DNA of 64,000 bases, from positions 127,413 to 191,412 of the forward strand of contig JBDWCA010000004.1 in the NCBI GenBank assembly GCA_039978075.1, read 5' to 3'. This DNA is from Anderseniella sp. (GTDB lineage: Bacteria; Pseudomonadota; Alphaproteobacteria; Rhizobiales; Aestuariivirgaceae). Shown one piece after another: positions 44,288 through 54,436 of the stretch. Within the stretch, counting starts at the first letter, position 1, and every line of letters begins with the position of its first letter. The notes below the pieces were generated by a model. It was not told the DNA's origin. It was given only the letters and a program-made list of their open reading frames with translations, and did not search any database. A program made the position numbers and the translations under genes.

Positions 44288-45559
44288 ATGAGTAAGACAA
44301 CTTCCAAAATTTCACGCGTGTTTGCCGCGACGGCCACAGCCGCCCTTCTGGCAGGTTGTTCCGCATCATCTGATCGGTTTGCCGACTATCCGAGCATCGC
44401 GACCAATTCTGTTTCCAAGAAACAAACCAAGTCCGCCGCTGTTGACAAGGTAGAGACATCGCCATTGTCCGGTGATCGTGTCGCCAACGCGCGGCCATCA
44501 TGGCAGAATGCGCCATCTCCTTCGGCCGGTTACACACCACCTGCCACAAGTTATCGCCAACAGGCTGCCGCACCTGCACCAAGCTATCGTTCGCAGGCTG
44601 CAGCACCTGCGCCAAGCTATGCACCTGCCCAGAACGGCAGTGTCACGGTAAGGCCTGGCCAGACCATGTACTCACTGGCTCGCGCCAATGATCTGAGCGT
44701 CAGCCAGCTTGCCCGTGCCAACAACATACGTGCACCTTATACACTCGCCGTCGGCCAGCGCCTGAAGGTGCCGGGAACCAGCAATCCTGTTTCTCCGCGC
44801 CCGACAGTTGCGTCTGCCAATGCGCCGGCACCACGTGCACAGGTGCAATCCGGTTCACAGAGTAACGGCGTGCATGTCGTCCGTCCGGGTGAAACGCTGT
44901 ATTCGCTTGGCCGCGCCTATGAAATGCGCCCGCACAAGATTGCCTCCTACAACGGTTTGAGCATGAACCGCGGGTTGAGCATCGGCCAGCGGGTGCGGAT
45001 CCCTGGTGGCGCTACCCAGTCACCTATTGCCAATTCCGCTCCGGCACCACTGCCGCGGCAGCAGCAGGCTGCAAGAACGCCGGATTACCTGGATCAAGCC
45101 GAGCCGGTTTCGCGTCAGCGGGCACCTGTCATGCAGCAGCAAACGCAGATTGAACAAGTCGACAATGGCAGCGGTTTCCGCTGGCCTGTTCGCGGCCGGG
45201 TGATCTCGAAGTTCGGGTCCAAGCCAAACAACACCCGCAATGAGGGTATCAACATCGCCGTTCCGGAAGGCACCGGAGTGCGGGCCGCAGAAGCAGGTGT
45301 TGTTGCTTATGCCGGCAACGAGTTGAAGGGCTACGGCAATCTTGTTCTGGTCCGTCATCAGAACGGATGGGTAACCGCTTATGCGCACAACAGCGAACTG
45401 ATGGTAAAACGCGGTGACGCTGTTCGTCGCGGAGACGTGATCGCCAGGGCCGGCAAGACCGGTTCGGTCAAAACCCCACAGGTGCACTTTGAAGTGCGCC
45501 AGGGTGCTACCGCGGTTGATCCGATGAAGTACCTGTCGTCGCGCACGGCATCCAACTAG
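44288..45559 (+). CDS. LysM + degenerate M23 (LytM) lipoprotein, NlpD-like
   Basis: Lipobox LLAGCS and two LysM repeats. The M23 domain has degenerate metal ligands (NEGINIA in place of HxxxD; QVHFEV in place of HxH), as in amidase-activator NlpD proteins. Confidence 0.88.
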   Translation: MSKTTSKISRVFAATATAALLAGCSASSDRFADYPSIATNSVSKKQTKSAAVDKVETSPLSGDRVANARPSWQNAPSPSAGYTPPATSYRQQAAAPAPSYRSQAAAPAPSYAPAQNGSVTVRPGQTMYSLARANDLSVSQLARANNIRAPYTLAVGQRLKVPGTSNPVSPRPTVASANAPAPRAQVQSGSQSNGVHVVRPGETLYSLGRAYEMRPHKIASYNGLSMNRGLSIGQRVRIPGGATQSPIANSAPAPLPRQQQAARTPDYLDQAEPVSRQRAPVMQQQTQIEQVDNGSGFRWPVRGRVISKFGSKPNNTRNEGINIAVPEGTGVRAAEAGVVAYAGNELKGYGNLVLVRHQNGWVTAYAHNSELMVKRGDAVRRGDVIARAGKTGSVKTPQVHFEVRQGATAVDPMKYLSSRTASN

Positions 45560-45602
45560 GAACTGCAGGAACCCTGCAAACTGGACAGTTCCCGGACGAA
45601 AG

Positions 45603-45640
45603 CCGGCCCGGTCTCTGATGAGGCCGGGCCGGTTTTCGTT
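45603..45640 (+). terminator. rho-independent terminator
   Basis: CCGGCCCGG-12 nt loop-CCGGGCCGG followed by TTTTCGTTT. Confidence 0.7.
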
Positions 45641-45908
45641 TGAAGAATGGTTTGCGTGCGTACTCAACAAAAAGGGTCGAGTTGAAAATGTTACCCGGAG
45701 CAGATCCACTGAGATGAAAGTTCAACCTGCTCTCTCCTGATACGGATGCATGCAGACGTTCTGTGTGCTGGTAAATTTCAAAAGCCGGAGGCTTGGCTGG
45801 TTCTCCCCGCATTGCGATCCAATCAATTGATGACAATATCACCACTTGTATTCCCGGAAATTCTGCCGAATATGGCGCCACTCGTGATTCTCAACGAAGG
45901 AAAACAAT

Positions 45909-46571
45909 ATGATTGAAGTATGGGGAAGACGGTCTTCCATCAATGTGCAGAAGGTTCTTTGGGCGTTGGGCGAAACCGGCCAGCCGTTTGAACGTCATGC
46001 TGCAGGCGGCCAGTTCGGCGGTCTTGATGACAAGGCATTCCTTAAGATGAACCCGAACGGCCTCGTGCCCGTTATGAAAGACGGTACGGTTACTCTGTTT
46101 GAGTCCAATACCATGATGCGCTACCTGGCGCGCAAATACGGCAAGGATAACATTCGCCCACGTGGCCAGAAGCCATGGGCGCTGGCTGACCAGTGGACGG
46201 ACTGGACGGCGACCACACTGAACCCGCCGATGTTCACCCTTCTCTTCGATACTGTGCGGGCCACGCCTGAGCAGAAAAACCCTGTAGCGGTTAAAGAGGC
46301 GGAGAAAAAGGTGGGCGACCTGTTCAAGATCGCCAATCGCGCGATCGGCCGCAAACCCTGGCTTACGGGACGCCACTTCAACTATGCCGACATTGCGCTT
46401 GGTGTGTACTACTGGCGTTACCTGGCATTTGACGTGAAGCACGCCAAAACGCCGAACCTGGATCGCTGGATGGAACAGGTCAAGGAGCGCAGTGCATTCA
46501 AGGAATGGGGCATGGTGCCGGTCGGCAACTCGCCTGAAGAATGGAACGCCAACGAGAAGGCGCTGGGTTAA
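45909..46571 (+). CDS. glutathione S-transferase (GstB/YliJ-like)
   Basis: MIEVWGRRSSINVQKVLWALGE...MNPNGLVPVMKDG...ESNTMMRYLARKYG. Confidence 0.85.
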   Translation: MIEVWGRRSSINVQKVLWALGETGQPFERHAAGGQFGGLDDKAFLKMNPNGLVPVMKDGTVTLFESNTMMRYLARKYGKDNIRPRGQKPWALADQWTDWTATTLNPPMFTLLFDTVRATPEQKNPVAVKEAEKKVGDLFKIANRAIGRKPWLTGRHFNYADIALGVYYWRYLAFDVKHAKTPNLDRWMEQVKERSAFKEWGMVPVGNSPEEWNANEKALG

Positions 46572-46596
46572 ACCGGTTTTTTCAATATCGTTGTTG

Positions 46597-46628
46597 CAGC
46601 CCGGATCACAATGGTCCGGGCTGTTTTC
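46597..46628. terminator. hairpin terminator between convergent genes
   Basis: AGCCCGGA-TCACAATGG-TCCGGGCT followed by GTTTTCTTA. It abuts the stop of the minus-strand DUF815 gene. Confidence 0.6.
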
Positions 46629-47498
46629 TTATGTAAGTGCCTTGCCCAGGCGTCCGGCCAGGTCCTGAACATACTGCCAGGCGACACGGCCCGACCGACT
46701 GCCGCGGGTGGTCTGCCACTCAATGGCTTCTGCGCGGAGTTGGTCGTCTGCGATGGTCAGCTTGAAGTGATCGACGTAGCCACGGATCATTTCGAGATAC
46801 TCATCCTGGGAACAGGAATGGAAACCGAGCCACAGCCCGAACCGGTCGGACAGGGAAACCTTTTCCTGAACGGCTTCGGATGGGTTGATGGCGGTGGAGC
46901 GCTCGTTCTCGATCATGTCGCGCGGCAGAAGGTGACGCCGGTTTGATGTTGCATATAACAGTACATTATCCGGGCGCCCCTCGATTCCCCCATCAAGTGC
47001 GGCTTTCAGTGATTTGTAGGAGGTGTCCTGATTGTCGAATGACAAATCGTCACAAAAAATGATGAAGCGATAGGCGGACAAGTCGCGCAACTGGCCCATC
47101 AGCACGGGCAGGCCTTCGATATCCTCACGATGGATCTCTATCAGCTTCAGGGTATGATCATGTTGAGCGGTTATGGCAGCGTGTGACGCCTTGACCAGTG
47201 AACTTTTGCCCATGCCGCGTGCGCCCCAAAGCAGGGCATTGTTGGCAGGCAACCCCTTGGCAAAGCGCACCGTATTGTCGACCAGGATGTCACGAACCCG
47301 GTCAATTCCATGCAAAAGTACCATTTCAACCCGGTTTACCCGCCTAACAGGCTGCAGGGTGCTGGTGCCGGCGTGCCAGACAAATGCGTCCGCGGCATCA
47401 TAATCAGCGTCTTCAGGTGGAGGCGGTGCGGAGCGTTCCAGCGCGGTCGCGATGCGCTCAAGGCGGTTTAGAATATCGTCCAGACGGTCATTTGACAT
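46629..47498 (-). CDS. DUF815-type AAA/P-loop ATPase
   Basis: 289 aa with P-loop LLWGARGMGKSSLVKA. It is divergent from yajC, an arrangement I recall from other alphaproteobacteria. Confidence 0.8.
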   Translation of the reverse strand: MSNDRLDDILNRLERIATALERSAPPPPEDADYDAADAFVWHAGTSTLQPVRRVNRVEMVLLHGIDRVRDILVDNTVRFAKGLPANNALLWGARGMGKSSLVKASHAAITAQHDHTLKLIEIHREDIEGLPVLMGQLRDLSAYRFIIFCDDLSFDNQDTSYKSLKAALDGGIEGRPDNVLLYATSNRRHLLPRDMIENERSTAINPSEAVQEKVSLSDRFGLWLGFHSCSQDEYLEMIRGYVDHFKLTIADDQLRAEAIEWQTTRGSRSGRVAWQYVQDLAGRLGKALT

Positions 47499-47661
47499 AA
47501 GGGTTTTCGCAAGCTCTGGTGTTGGCGGAGTTCAGGGTGAGATGGCTTTAGAGCCTGATCCGTCATGTTGCAAGGCCGGTGGGTAATACGGCGTACCTGT
47601 TGCATTGCGCTCACGCAGGGCTATATACAAATTCACGGATTCGGTTTCAGGAGTTTAAACC

Positions 47662-47991
47662 ATGTTTATTTCACCCGCTTACGCACAGGCCGGTGGCGCA
47701 CCGGGCGCTGATATCTTCTCGCTGCTTGCCCCGATCATCATGATCATGGCCATCTTCTGGTTCTTGATCCTGCGCCCTCAGCAAAAGCGGATGAAAGCAC
47801 ATCAGGAACTGGTCGCGAATGTCCGGCGTGGTGACACTATTGTGACCGCCGGGGGGATTGTCGGCAAGATCACCAAAGTGGTTGATGATGGCGAAGTCGT
47901 TGTTGATACAGGCGAAGGCGGAAAGTTTCGCATGATCAAGAGCTCCATCACCGAGGTTCGGGTCAAAGGTGAACCGGCCAAGACCGACTAG
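47662..47991 (+). CDS. yajC: preprotein translocase subunit YajC
   Basis: RPQQKRMKAHQELVANVRRGDTIVTAGGIVGKITKV. Confidence 0.92.
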   Translation: MFISPAYAQAGGAPGADIFSLLAPIIMIMAIFWFLILRPQQKRMKAHQELVANVRRGDTIVTAGGIVGKITKVVDDGEVVVDTGEGGKFRMIKSSITEVRVKGEPAKTD

Positions 47992-48091
47992 GCGACTATC
48001 GATTTTAGCCTAACAAGGGTGAACCGGCGGGTTTTGGCCGGCGACTGCGAACAAACAACATACCTCTAATTCGGGGACTGATCAGACTGCC

Positions 48092-49699
48092 ATGTTGCAT
48101 TTTTCCAAGCTGAAGGCTTTCGTTATTATCGGTGTGGTGCTGATGGCCGGCCTGATGGCAATGCCGAACCTGCTGGCTGAAAAGTCTCGCGAAGCGCTGC
48201 CCAATTTTGTGCCCAGCCAGGCCCTGACGCTCGGGCTCGACCTGCAGGGCGGCAGTCATATCCTGCTGGAAGTCGATGTCGCGTCATTGAAGGATACGCT
48301 TGAGAAGCAGTTGGTTGGAGATATCCGCTTGCGGCTGCGCGATGCGAAAATCCGCTACGTCAACCTGAAGCGCACCGGAAACGGTGCAAACGTCACCATT
48401 CCTGAGGCGGCCCGCGCCGAGGAGGCGTTCACGCTGTTGCAGGGGCTTTCACAACCGCTGGACACCGGGTTGTTCGGCCAGGGTGTGCAGGTTCAGGAGT
48501 TTAACGTAGTCCGCAATGGCCAGAACATCAGCCTGACATTTTCGGACGGTGGTCTGGAAACCCGCATCGGGCGGGCGGTGCAGCAGTCCATTGAAGTTCT
48601 CGGCGTCCGCATCAACGAACTGGGGACAACTGAACCTACTATCCAGCGCCAGGGTACGGACCGAATTCTGGTCCAGGTGCCTGGTCTGCAGGATCCGGCT
48701 CGTCTGAAGGCGCTGCTCGGACAAACGGCGCTTCTCCAGTTCAGACTGCTTTGTGACAACCAGCCGCAAGGGGCCGGCGGTGCCGTTCCGTTGGGTTGTG
48801 AAGAGTTGGTGGACAAGGAAAACCAGGGGCAAATGTACTGGGTGCAGACTTCGCGCTCGGCGACGGTCGACGGTGAAGACCTCAATGACGCCCAGACCGG
48901 ATTTGACCAGCGCACCAATGAGCCGATCGTCAATTTCCGCTTTAACACCGGTGGAGCCCAGCGCTTCTGCCGCCTGACCCAGAACAATGTCGGTCGCCCG
49001 TTTGCAATCGTACTGGACAGTGAAGTCATTTCGGCGCCCCGCATCAACGAACAGATCTGCGGCGGGTCCGGCCAGATTTCAGGGGATTTCTCGACGCAGG
49101 AAGCCAATGACCTGGCCATCGTATTGCGCTCGGGCGCGCTGCCGGCGAAGCTGACGATCGTCGAGGAACGCACCGTTGGCCCGAGCCTTGGTTCTGACTC
49201 GGTGCGTGCCGGTTTTGTTGCCTCCATCATCGGGCTCGTTGGTGTGTTGATCTTCATGGTTGTTTCCTACGGCCTGTTCGGCATGTTTGCCGTGCTGGCG
49301 CTGGTGGCAAACCTGATGATGATCCTGGGAACACTGTCATTCCTGGGTGCGACCCTGACATTGCCCGGCATTGCCGGTATCGTTCTCACCATGGGCATGG
49401 CGGTGGATTCCAACGTGCTGGTATTTGAACGAATACGCGAAGAGGTGGCCAATGGCCGGTCGCCTCTCAATGCCATCGAGACCGGCTTTCGGATGGCACT
49501 GGCCACAATTCTGGATGCCAACATCACCACATTGATTGCCGCCGTTATCCTGTTCGGCATGGGGTCGGGTCCGGTCAGAGGCTTTGCCGTGACGCTGGGT
49601 ATCGGTATCGTGGCAACCGTGTTCACGGCCTATACTGTTACACAACTCATCATTTCCGGATGGATCAAGCTGAGCAGACCCAAGTTGGTGCCGCTATGA
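48092..49699 (+). CDS. secD: protein translocase subunit SecD
   Basis: 535 aa with a large periplasmic domain and C-terminal 5-TM block (GIAGIVLTMGMAVDSNVLVFERIREE). Confidence 0.95.
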   Translation: MLHFSKLKAFVIIGVVLMAGLMAMPNLLAEKSREALPNFVPSQALTLGLDLQGGSHILLEVDVASLKDTLEKQLVGDIRLRLRDAKIRYVNLKRTGNGANVTIPEAARAEEAFTLLQGLSQPLDTGLFGQGVQVQEFNVVRNGQNISLTFSDGGLETRIGRAVQQSIEVLGVRINELGTTEPTIQRQGTDRILVQVPGLQDPARLKALLGQTALLQFRLLCDNQPQGAGGAVPLGCEELVDKENQGQMYWVQTSRSATVDGEDLNDAQTGFDQRTNEPIVNFRFNTGGAQRFCRLTQNNVGRPFAIVLDSEVISAPRINEQICGGSGQISGDFSTQEANDLAIVLRSGALPAKLTIVEERTVGPSLGSDSVRAGFVASIIGLVGVLIFMVVSYGLFGMFAVLALVANLMMILGTLSFLGATLTLPGIAGIVLTMGMAVDSNVLVFERIREEVANGRSPLNAIETGFRMALATILDANITTLIAAVILFGMGSGPVRGFAVTLGIGIVATVFTAYTVTQLIISGWIKLSRPKLVPL

Positions 49700-49730
49700 C
49701 CGACCGCGAGATCATCAGGAGACTGAGACC

Positions 49731-50678
49731 ATGAGGCCGCTTCGCTTCGTCCCGGACAATACCAAAATCGCCTTCATGAAATTTGCCCGGCCTGGCTTTT
49801 ATGCCTCCATGGTCGCTGTGCTTTTGTCGATCGGGCTGTTTTTTGCTATCGGTCTGAATTACGGCATCGACTTCAAGGGCGGCACGCTGATTGAAATCAG
49901 AACTGAACAGCCGGCAGACCTCAACGAATTGCGCACCACCATTAGTGGACTTGGCCTTGGTGGTTCGGAGCTGCAGGAATTCGGTGAGCCGACAGATGTT
50001 CTGATCCGTATCGAAACCCAGGAGGGTGGAGAAGAAGCGCAGCAAAAGGCCATTGCCACGGTCAAGGACGCGCTCGGAGCCAATGTAGACTACCGGCGTG
50101 TTGAAGTTGTAGGACCAAAAGTATCTGGTGAGCTGGCACGCGACGGTATTCTGGCCATCCTGTTGGCATTCGTGGCCATCATGATCTACATCTGGCTGCG
50201 GTTTGAATGGCAGTTCGCAATCGGTACGGTTGCGACCCTGGTGCACGATGTGGCGCTGACAATCGGGTTGTTCGCAATCCTGCAATTGCAGTTTGACCTG
50301 ACCATCATTGCGGCCCTTCTGACCATCGTGGGCTACTCACTCAATGATACAGTGGTGGTGTTTGACCGCTTTCGCGAGAACCTGCGCAAATACAAGAAAA
50401 TGAACTTCGACGAGATGGTCGATATGTCACTCAATCAGACGCTGCCGCGTACCCTGATGACTTCGATTTCGACCCTTGTCGCGCTGATTTCCCTTTACGT
50501 GTTTGGCGGTGAAGTGTTGCGCGGATTTACGTTCGCCATGATATGGGGAGTTGTTATCGGCACCTATTCGTCGATCTTCATCGGCGCGCCCTTGTTGTCA
50601 TTGCTCGGAGCCTATGTGGACCGTGCACCGACACCTGGACCCGGTGACAATGCACAGGCAGAGATTGTGCAGCCCTGA
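49731..50678 (+). CDS. secF: protein translocase subunit SecF
   Basis: 315 aa; GIDFKGGT, IVGYSLNDTVVVFDRFREN. Confidence 0.95.
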   Translation: MRPLRFVPDNTKIAFMKFARPGFYASMVAVLLSIGLFFAIGLNYGIDFKGGTLIEIRTEQPADLNELRTTISGLGLGGSELQEFGEPTDVLIRIETQEGGEEAQQKAIATVKDALGANVDYRRVEVVGPKVSGELARDGILAILLAFVAIMIYIWLRFEWQFAIGTVATLVHDVALTIGLFAILQLQFDLTIIAALLTIVGYSLNDTVVVFDRFRENLRKYKKMNFDEMVDMSLNQTLPRTLMTSISTLVALISLYVFGGEVLRGFTFAMIWGVVIGTYSSIFIGAPLLSLLGAYVDRAPTPGPGDNAQAEIVQP

Positions 50679-51070
50679 TGAGCGACGCGCCGTTTTTGCC
50701 GGAGCGCGTGGCGATTGACGCCTACGGAAATGGCGGCTTCAGGTTTCGTGACATGTCACACAAGGGGTCATTGCTGTGTCTGCCGGGTGGTGTTTACGGG
50801 TGGCCGCCGGTAAAGCCGGAAAACCTGCAACTGGACGATTTCAAGCAGGTTCTGGAAACGCCGGACGGTATCGGGTTTGTGCTGCTTGGCACCGGTGATA
50901 CCCAGGTTTTTCCGTCGGGCGAGATACGCCGGGCATTTGTGGAAGCCGGTATCGGGCTTGAGCCGATGGCAACCGGTGCCGCGGTGCGCACCTACAATGT
51001 GCTGTTGCAGGAAGGCCGCGATGTGGCATGTGCGCTGATTGCGGTTGATCATCATCGGAGCGGATCATGA
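50678..51070 (+). CDS. Mth938-like (DUF498, NDUFAF3-like) protein
   Basis: 130 aa. The start overlaps the secF stop (TGATG). The sequence pattern is IDAYGNGGFRF...LLLGTG.... Confidence 0.75.
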   Translation: MSDAPFLPERVAIDAYGNGGFRFRDMSHKGSLLCLPGGVYGWPPVKPENLQLDDFKQVLETPDGIGFVLLGTGDTQVFPSGEIRRAFVEAGIGLEPMATGAAVRTYNVLLQEGRDVACALIAVDHHRSGS

Positions 51071-51924
51071 GTGCATTCCCGGCTGAGTTGATGGAGCAGT
51101 TGCTCGACGACCTGCGCGCGAGTGACCGTGACCGGTATTTGTGCCTGTTGCTGATGCCGGAACGGTCACGCGGATTTCTGGCCGGACTGTTTGCTTTCAA
51201 TTCGGAACTTGCCCAGATACGCGAAAGAGTGACGGACCCGGCTGCTGGTGAGGTGAGGCTTGCCTGGTGGAACCAGGTCATTGACGCCATTTATGTCGGG
51301 CAAACTGTTGAGTCACCCCTGGCGCAGGCGCTTGCTCGAGCAATCGAGGCGGGTGACCTGCCGCGACACTCGTTTCAGGCCATGCTGGATGCGCGCCGGT
51401 TTGACCTGTTTGATGATCCCATGCCGGACCTCAATACGCTGGAAGGCTATCTTGGAGAAACATCGTCTGCCGTACTGCAGATGAGTGCTCTGATCATGGC
51501 CGGAGACGACGGCCTTGAATGCGCTGAAGTGTCGGGCCTTGCCGGTGTTGCGATGGGGCTGACCGGACTGATGCGGTCATTGCCGATACACCGCGCCCGC
51601 GGGCAGTGCATGTTGCCGGCTGACATGCTCGCGAAACACGACCTGACCCAGGCACACGTGCTGTCGGGCAGGGGCGGAGCCGGACTTGAGCTGGTTTTGC
51701 TGCAACTGTGCCGGCATGCCAGCAAGCGGCTCGAAGAGGCGCGGGAAATTTGGCATCTGGTCCCCGATGCAGCCGTGCAGGCCTATCTACCTGTGGCGCT
51801 GGTGCCGGCATATCTGAAAAAGCTGGAACGCGCGCGTGCCTCCCTGATGACCAAGGTGATCACTTCGCCGCAATGGATGCGGCAATTGCGGTTGCTGAAC
51901 GCCGTACGCAGTGAGGCGATCTGA
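51067..51924 (+). CDS. squalene/phytoene synthase family protein (NDUFAF6-like)
   Basis: 285 aa with a 4-nt overlap on the upstream gene. It has an SQS/PSY-type helical pattern (DRDRYL, LFAFNSELAQIRE, YLGETSSAVLQM). Confidence 0.75.
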   Translation: MSAFPAELMEQLLDDLRASDRDRYLCLLLMPERSRGFLAGLFAFNSELAQIRERVTDPAAGEVRLAWWNQVIDAIYVGQTVESPLAQALARAIEAGDLPRHSFQAMLDARRFDLFDDPMPDLNTLEGYLGETSSAVLQMSALIMAGDDGLECAEVSGLAGVAMGLTGLMRSLPIHRARGQCMLPADMLAKHDLTQAHVLSGRGGAGLELVLLQLCRHASKRLEEAREIWHLVPDAAVQAYLPVALVPAYLKKLERARASLMTKVITSPQWMRQLRLLNAVRSEAI

Positions 51925-51930
51925 ATTCGG

Positions 51931-53355
51931 CTATTCTGCCGCTGCACGCTGGTCATGCGCTGACAGCCAGTTGGCAAAGTCAGCCTTGGCACGCCCGGTA
52001 TAAGCCAGTTGCCGGGCCGGTTTCTTGGCCTTGCCGCGGGGCCGCTTGCCATTTTCATCGCGCGGCACCTCAACCTCGGGAAACAAACCGAAATTGACGT
52101 TCATGGGCTGGAACGACCGTGCCTTGCTGGTCATGTCGCCACTGTCGTCGCTGAGATGACCTCCTGATATATGCGAGATCAATGAGCCATGGGCAGTGGT
52201 AGGCGGCGGCGGAGGCAATGTGTGTCCGGCCAGTTCAGCCGCCGTCATGCGACCTGCCATCAGACCCATGGCGGCGCTTTCCACATAACCTTCCACGCCG
52301 GTGATCTGGCCGGCAAACCGCAGGCCCGGCCGGCTCCTGAGCTGCAATGATGCATCCAGCAGTTTGGGTGAGTTGATGAAGGTGTTGCGATGCAGGCCGC
52401 CGAGCCTGGCGAATTCGGCTTTTTCGAGACCCGGTATGGCCCGGAAAATCCGGATCTGTTCGCCGTGTTTCAGTTTTGTCTGGAAACCGACCATATTATA
52501 CAGCGTGCCCAGTGCATTGTCCTGACGCAACTGGACAACCGCATAGGGTTTTTCATCCGGCTTGTGCCGGTTGGTCAGGCCCATCGGCTTCATCGGTCCG
52601 TGGCGCAGGGTCTCCGGGCCACGCTCAGCCATAACCTCAATCGGCAGGCAGCCATCGAAGTAAGGCGTGTTTTCTTCCCATTGCTTGAAGTCGGCCTTGT
52701 CGCCGTCAATCAACGCTGTGATGAAGGTTTCATACTGCTGCCGGTCCATGGGGCAGTTGATGTAGTCTGCACCAGTGCCGCCGGGACCTGCCTTGTCATA
52801 ACGCGACTGAAACCACGCCTGATCAAAGTCTATTGTATCGCGGTGGATGATGGGAGCGATTGCATCGAAGAACGCCAGTCCGTCGTCGCCGGTGGTTTTG
52901 CGAATATCATCTGCCAGTGCGGCCGAGGTGAGAGGTCCGGTCGCCACGATAGCATGCGCCCAGTCGGCCGGAGGCAAGCCTGCAACCTCCTCGCGCTCGA
53001 CTGTTATATTGGGGTGGGCCTGAAGGGTGGCGGTCACGTCGGCTGAAAAGGCATCCCGGTCCACTGCCAGTGCGCCGCCAGCCGGCAGCTTGTGGCGGTC
53101 GCCCATGGCCATGATGAGGGAGCCTGCCTGGCGCATTTCCCAGTGCAGCAGACCGACCGCATTGTGTTCGTCATCGTCGGAACGAAACGAGTTGGAGCAG
53201 ACCAGCTCCGCCAGGCCATCCGTCTGGTGGGCATCGGTTTCGCGAACGGGGCGCATTTCATGCAGGATCACCTGCGCGCCTGCCTGCGCTGCCTGCCAGG
53301 CGGCTTCCGATCCGGCCATGCCGCCGCCGACAATGTGTATCTTTAGGTGTGTCAT
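51931..53355 (-). CDS. trmFO: methylenetetrahydrofolate--tRNA-(uracil54-C5)-methyltransferase
   Basis: [21 protein letters not shown] motif and a full-length Gid/TrmFO pattern. Confidence 0.93.
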   Translation of the reverse strand: MTHLKIHIVGGGMAGSEAAWQAAQAGAQVILHEMRPVRETDAHQTDGLAELVCSNSFRSDDDEHNAVGLLHWEMRQAGSLIMAMGDRHKLPAGGALAVDRDAFSADVTATLQAHPNITVEREEVAGLPPADWAHAIVATGPLTSAALADDIRKTTGDDGLAFFDAIAPIIHRDTIDFDQAWFQSRYDKAGPGGTGADYINCPMDRQQYETFITALIDGDKADFKQWEENTPYFDGCLPIEVMAERGPETLRHGPMKPMGLTNRHKPDEKPYAVVQLRQDNALGTLYNMVGFQTKLKHGEQIRIFRAIPGLEKAEFARLGGLHRNTFINSPKLLDASLQLRSRPGLRFAGQITGVEGYVESAAMGLMAGRMTAAELAGHTLPPPPPTTAHGSLISHISGGHLSDDSGDMTSKARSFQPMNVNFGLFPEVEVPRDENGKRPRGKAKKPARQLAYTGRAKADFANWLSAHDQRAAAE

Positions 53356-53406
53356 GAGATGACTGAGTAGAGCCTATTGCACCAGTCGGCAAGGTGCCGG
53401 AGGTCG

Positions 53407-54402
53407 CTATCGGTTCACCCAGTCGGCAATCTCGGTGGCTACAAGCTCATTGGCGAGGTAGCCGTAGAGTTTGTGCGGGTTGCTTGTGTTGTAATGCACC
53501 CAGCAATTGTACATGCGCTTGTCGGTGATCTGATCCACATAGCCATATTCCAGCATCTCGGCAAAATCGTCGGCCATGGACGGGTCGTGGGCAATGAAAT
53601 CGTCATATGCGGCGATGTTGACCCAGTCCTTGACGATTGCCTTTGGAAACCGTCCGCCAGCATGTTCCCGGGCATCATACAGGTTGGCCCGCACACCGGC
53701 CTCGCCCAGGGGGCAGCCGAGTGTGAGCCACTTTGAAACATTGGGGGTCTTGCGTTGCAGGTTTTCATATTCGCTCATTTGCGAAAACTTCCACAACACG
53801 TCATATGCCACTACACACCCCATGGAATGACTGACCAGGCAGATTTCGTCGCGCGCATTTATTGCCCTGCGTAACGGGTTTTGCAGGCGCTCGCGCACAT
53901 CGGAACCGGTCTTGCGGCTCATCAGGTAGGCACCCATGTCGGCGGAACTGCGTTGCAGAATGATCTCGTTGGCCCGGCTGCGGGTCAGGACTGACAGCAA
54001 TGTACTGAATGCGCGGGCTGCATTGTTCAGGTAACGCAAATCCTTGTACTGGCTGATAACCTGGTCGTAGGCGGTTTCATCAAAGGAACCGATATCCAGC
54101 ATCTGCCTGAGGCTTTCGGCATATGGCTCAAAGGGCAGGCAAGGTTCATGTCCATACGCCTTGTTGTTGCGGGCAGTCAGCCTGGCGGCGATATCGGGGT
54201 CATGGGTTGCCATGATGGCGTTGTTGATGTCGCCATAATAGGCAAATGAGCATTTGACGGTGCCTGAACCGATGGCCTCGGCGGCATCGGGTGATACTTT
54301 GCAAAGCCCGTGCATCAACGCATCGTTGATTAGCTTTTTCTTGCGAGATGCCGATGGTTTGATAGATCGGCCATGAACAAAGATGATGTGCTTGCGTGGC
54401 AT
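53407..54402 (-). CDS. alpha/beta-hydrolase-like protein of unknown specificity
   Basis: 331 aa. N-terminal IIFVHG (oxyanion-hole type), nucleophile elbow VSHSMGC, and candidate Asp/His residues late in the sequence (YDDFIAHD, NPHKLYGY). No subfamily recognised. Confidence 0.6.
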   Translation of the reverse strand: MPRKHIIFVHGRSIKPSASRKKKLINDALMHGLCKVSPDAAEAIGSGTVKCSFAYYGDINNAIMATHDPDIAARLTARNNKAYGHEPCLPFEPYAESLRQMLDIGSFDETAYDQVISQYKDLRYLNNAARAFSTLLSVLTRSRANEIILQRSSADMGAYLMSRKTGSDVRERLQNPLRRAINARDEICLVSHSMGCVVAYDVLWKFSQMSEYENLQRKTPNVSKWLTLGCPLGEAGVRANLYDAREHAGGRFPKAIVKDWVNIAAYDDFIAHDPSMADDFAEMLEYGYVDQITDKRMYNCWVHYNTSNPHKLYGYLANELVATEIADWVNR

Positions 54403-54436
54403 TGAGACGGGATCCGGTTATACAAGATTGCAACAA

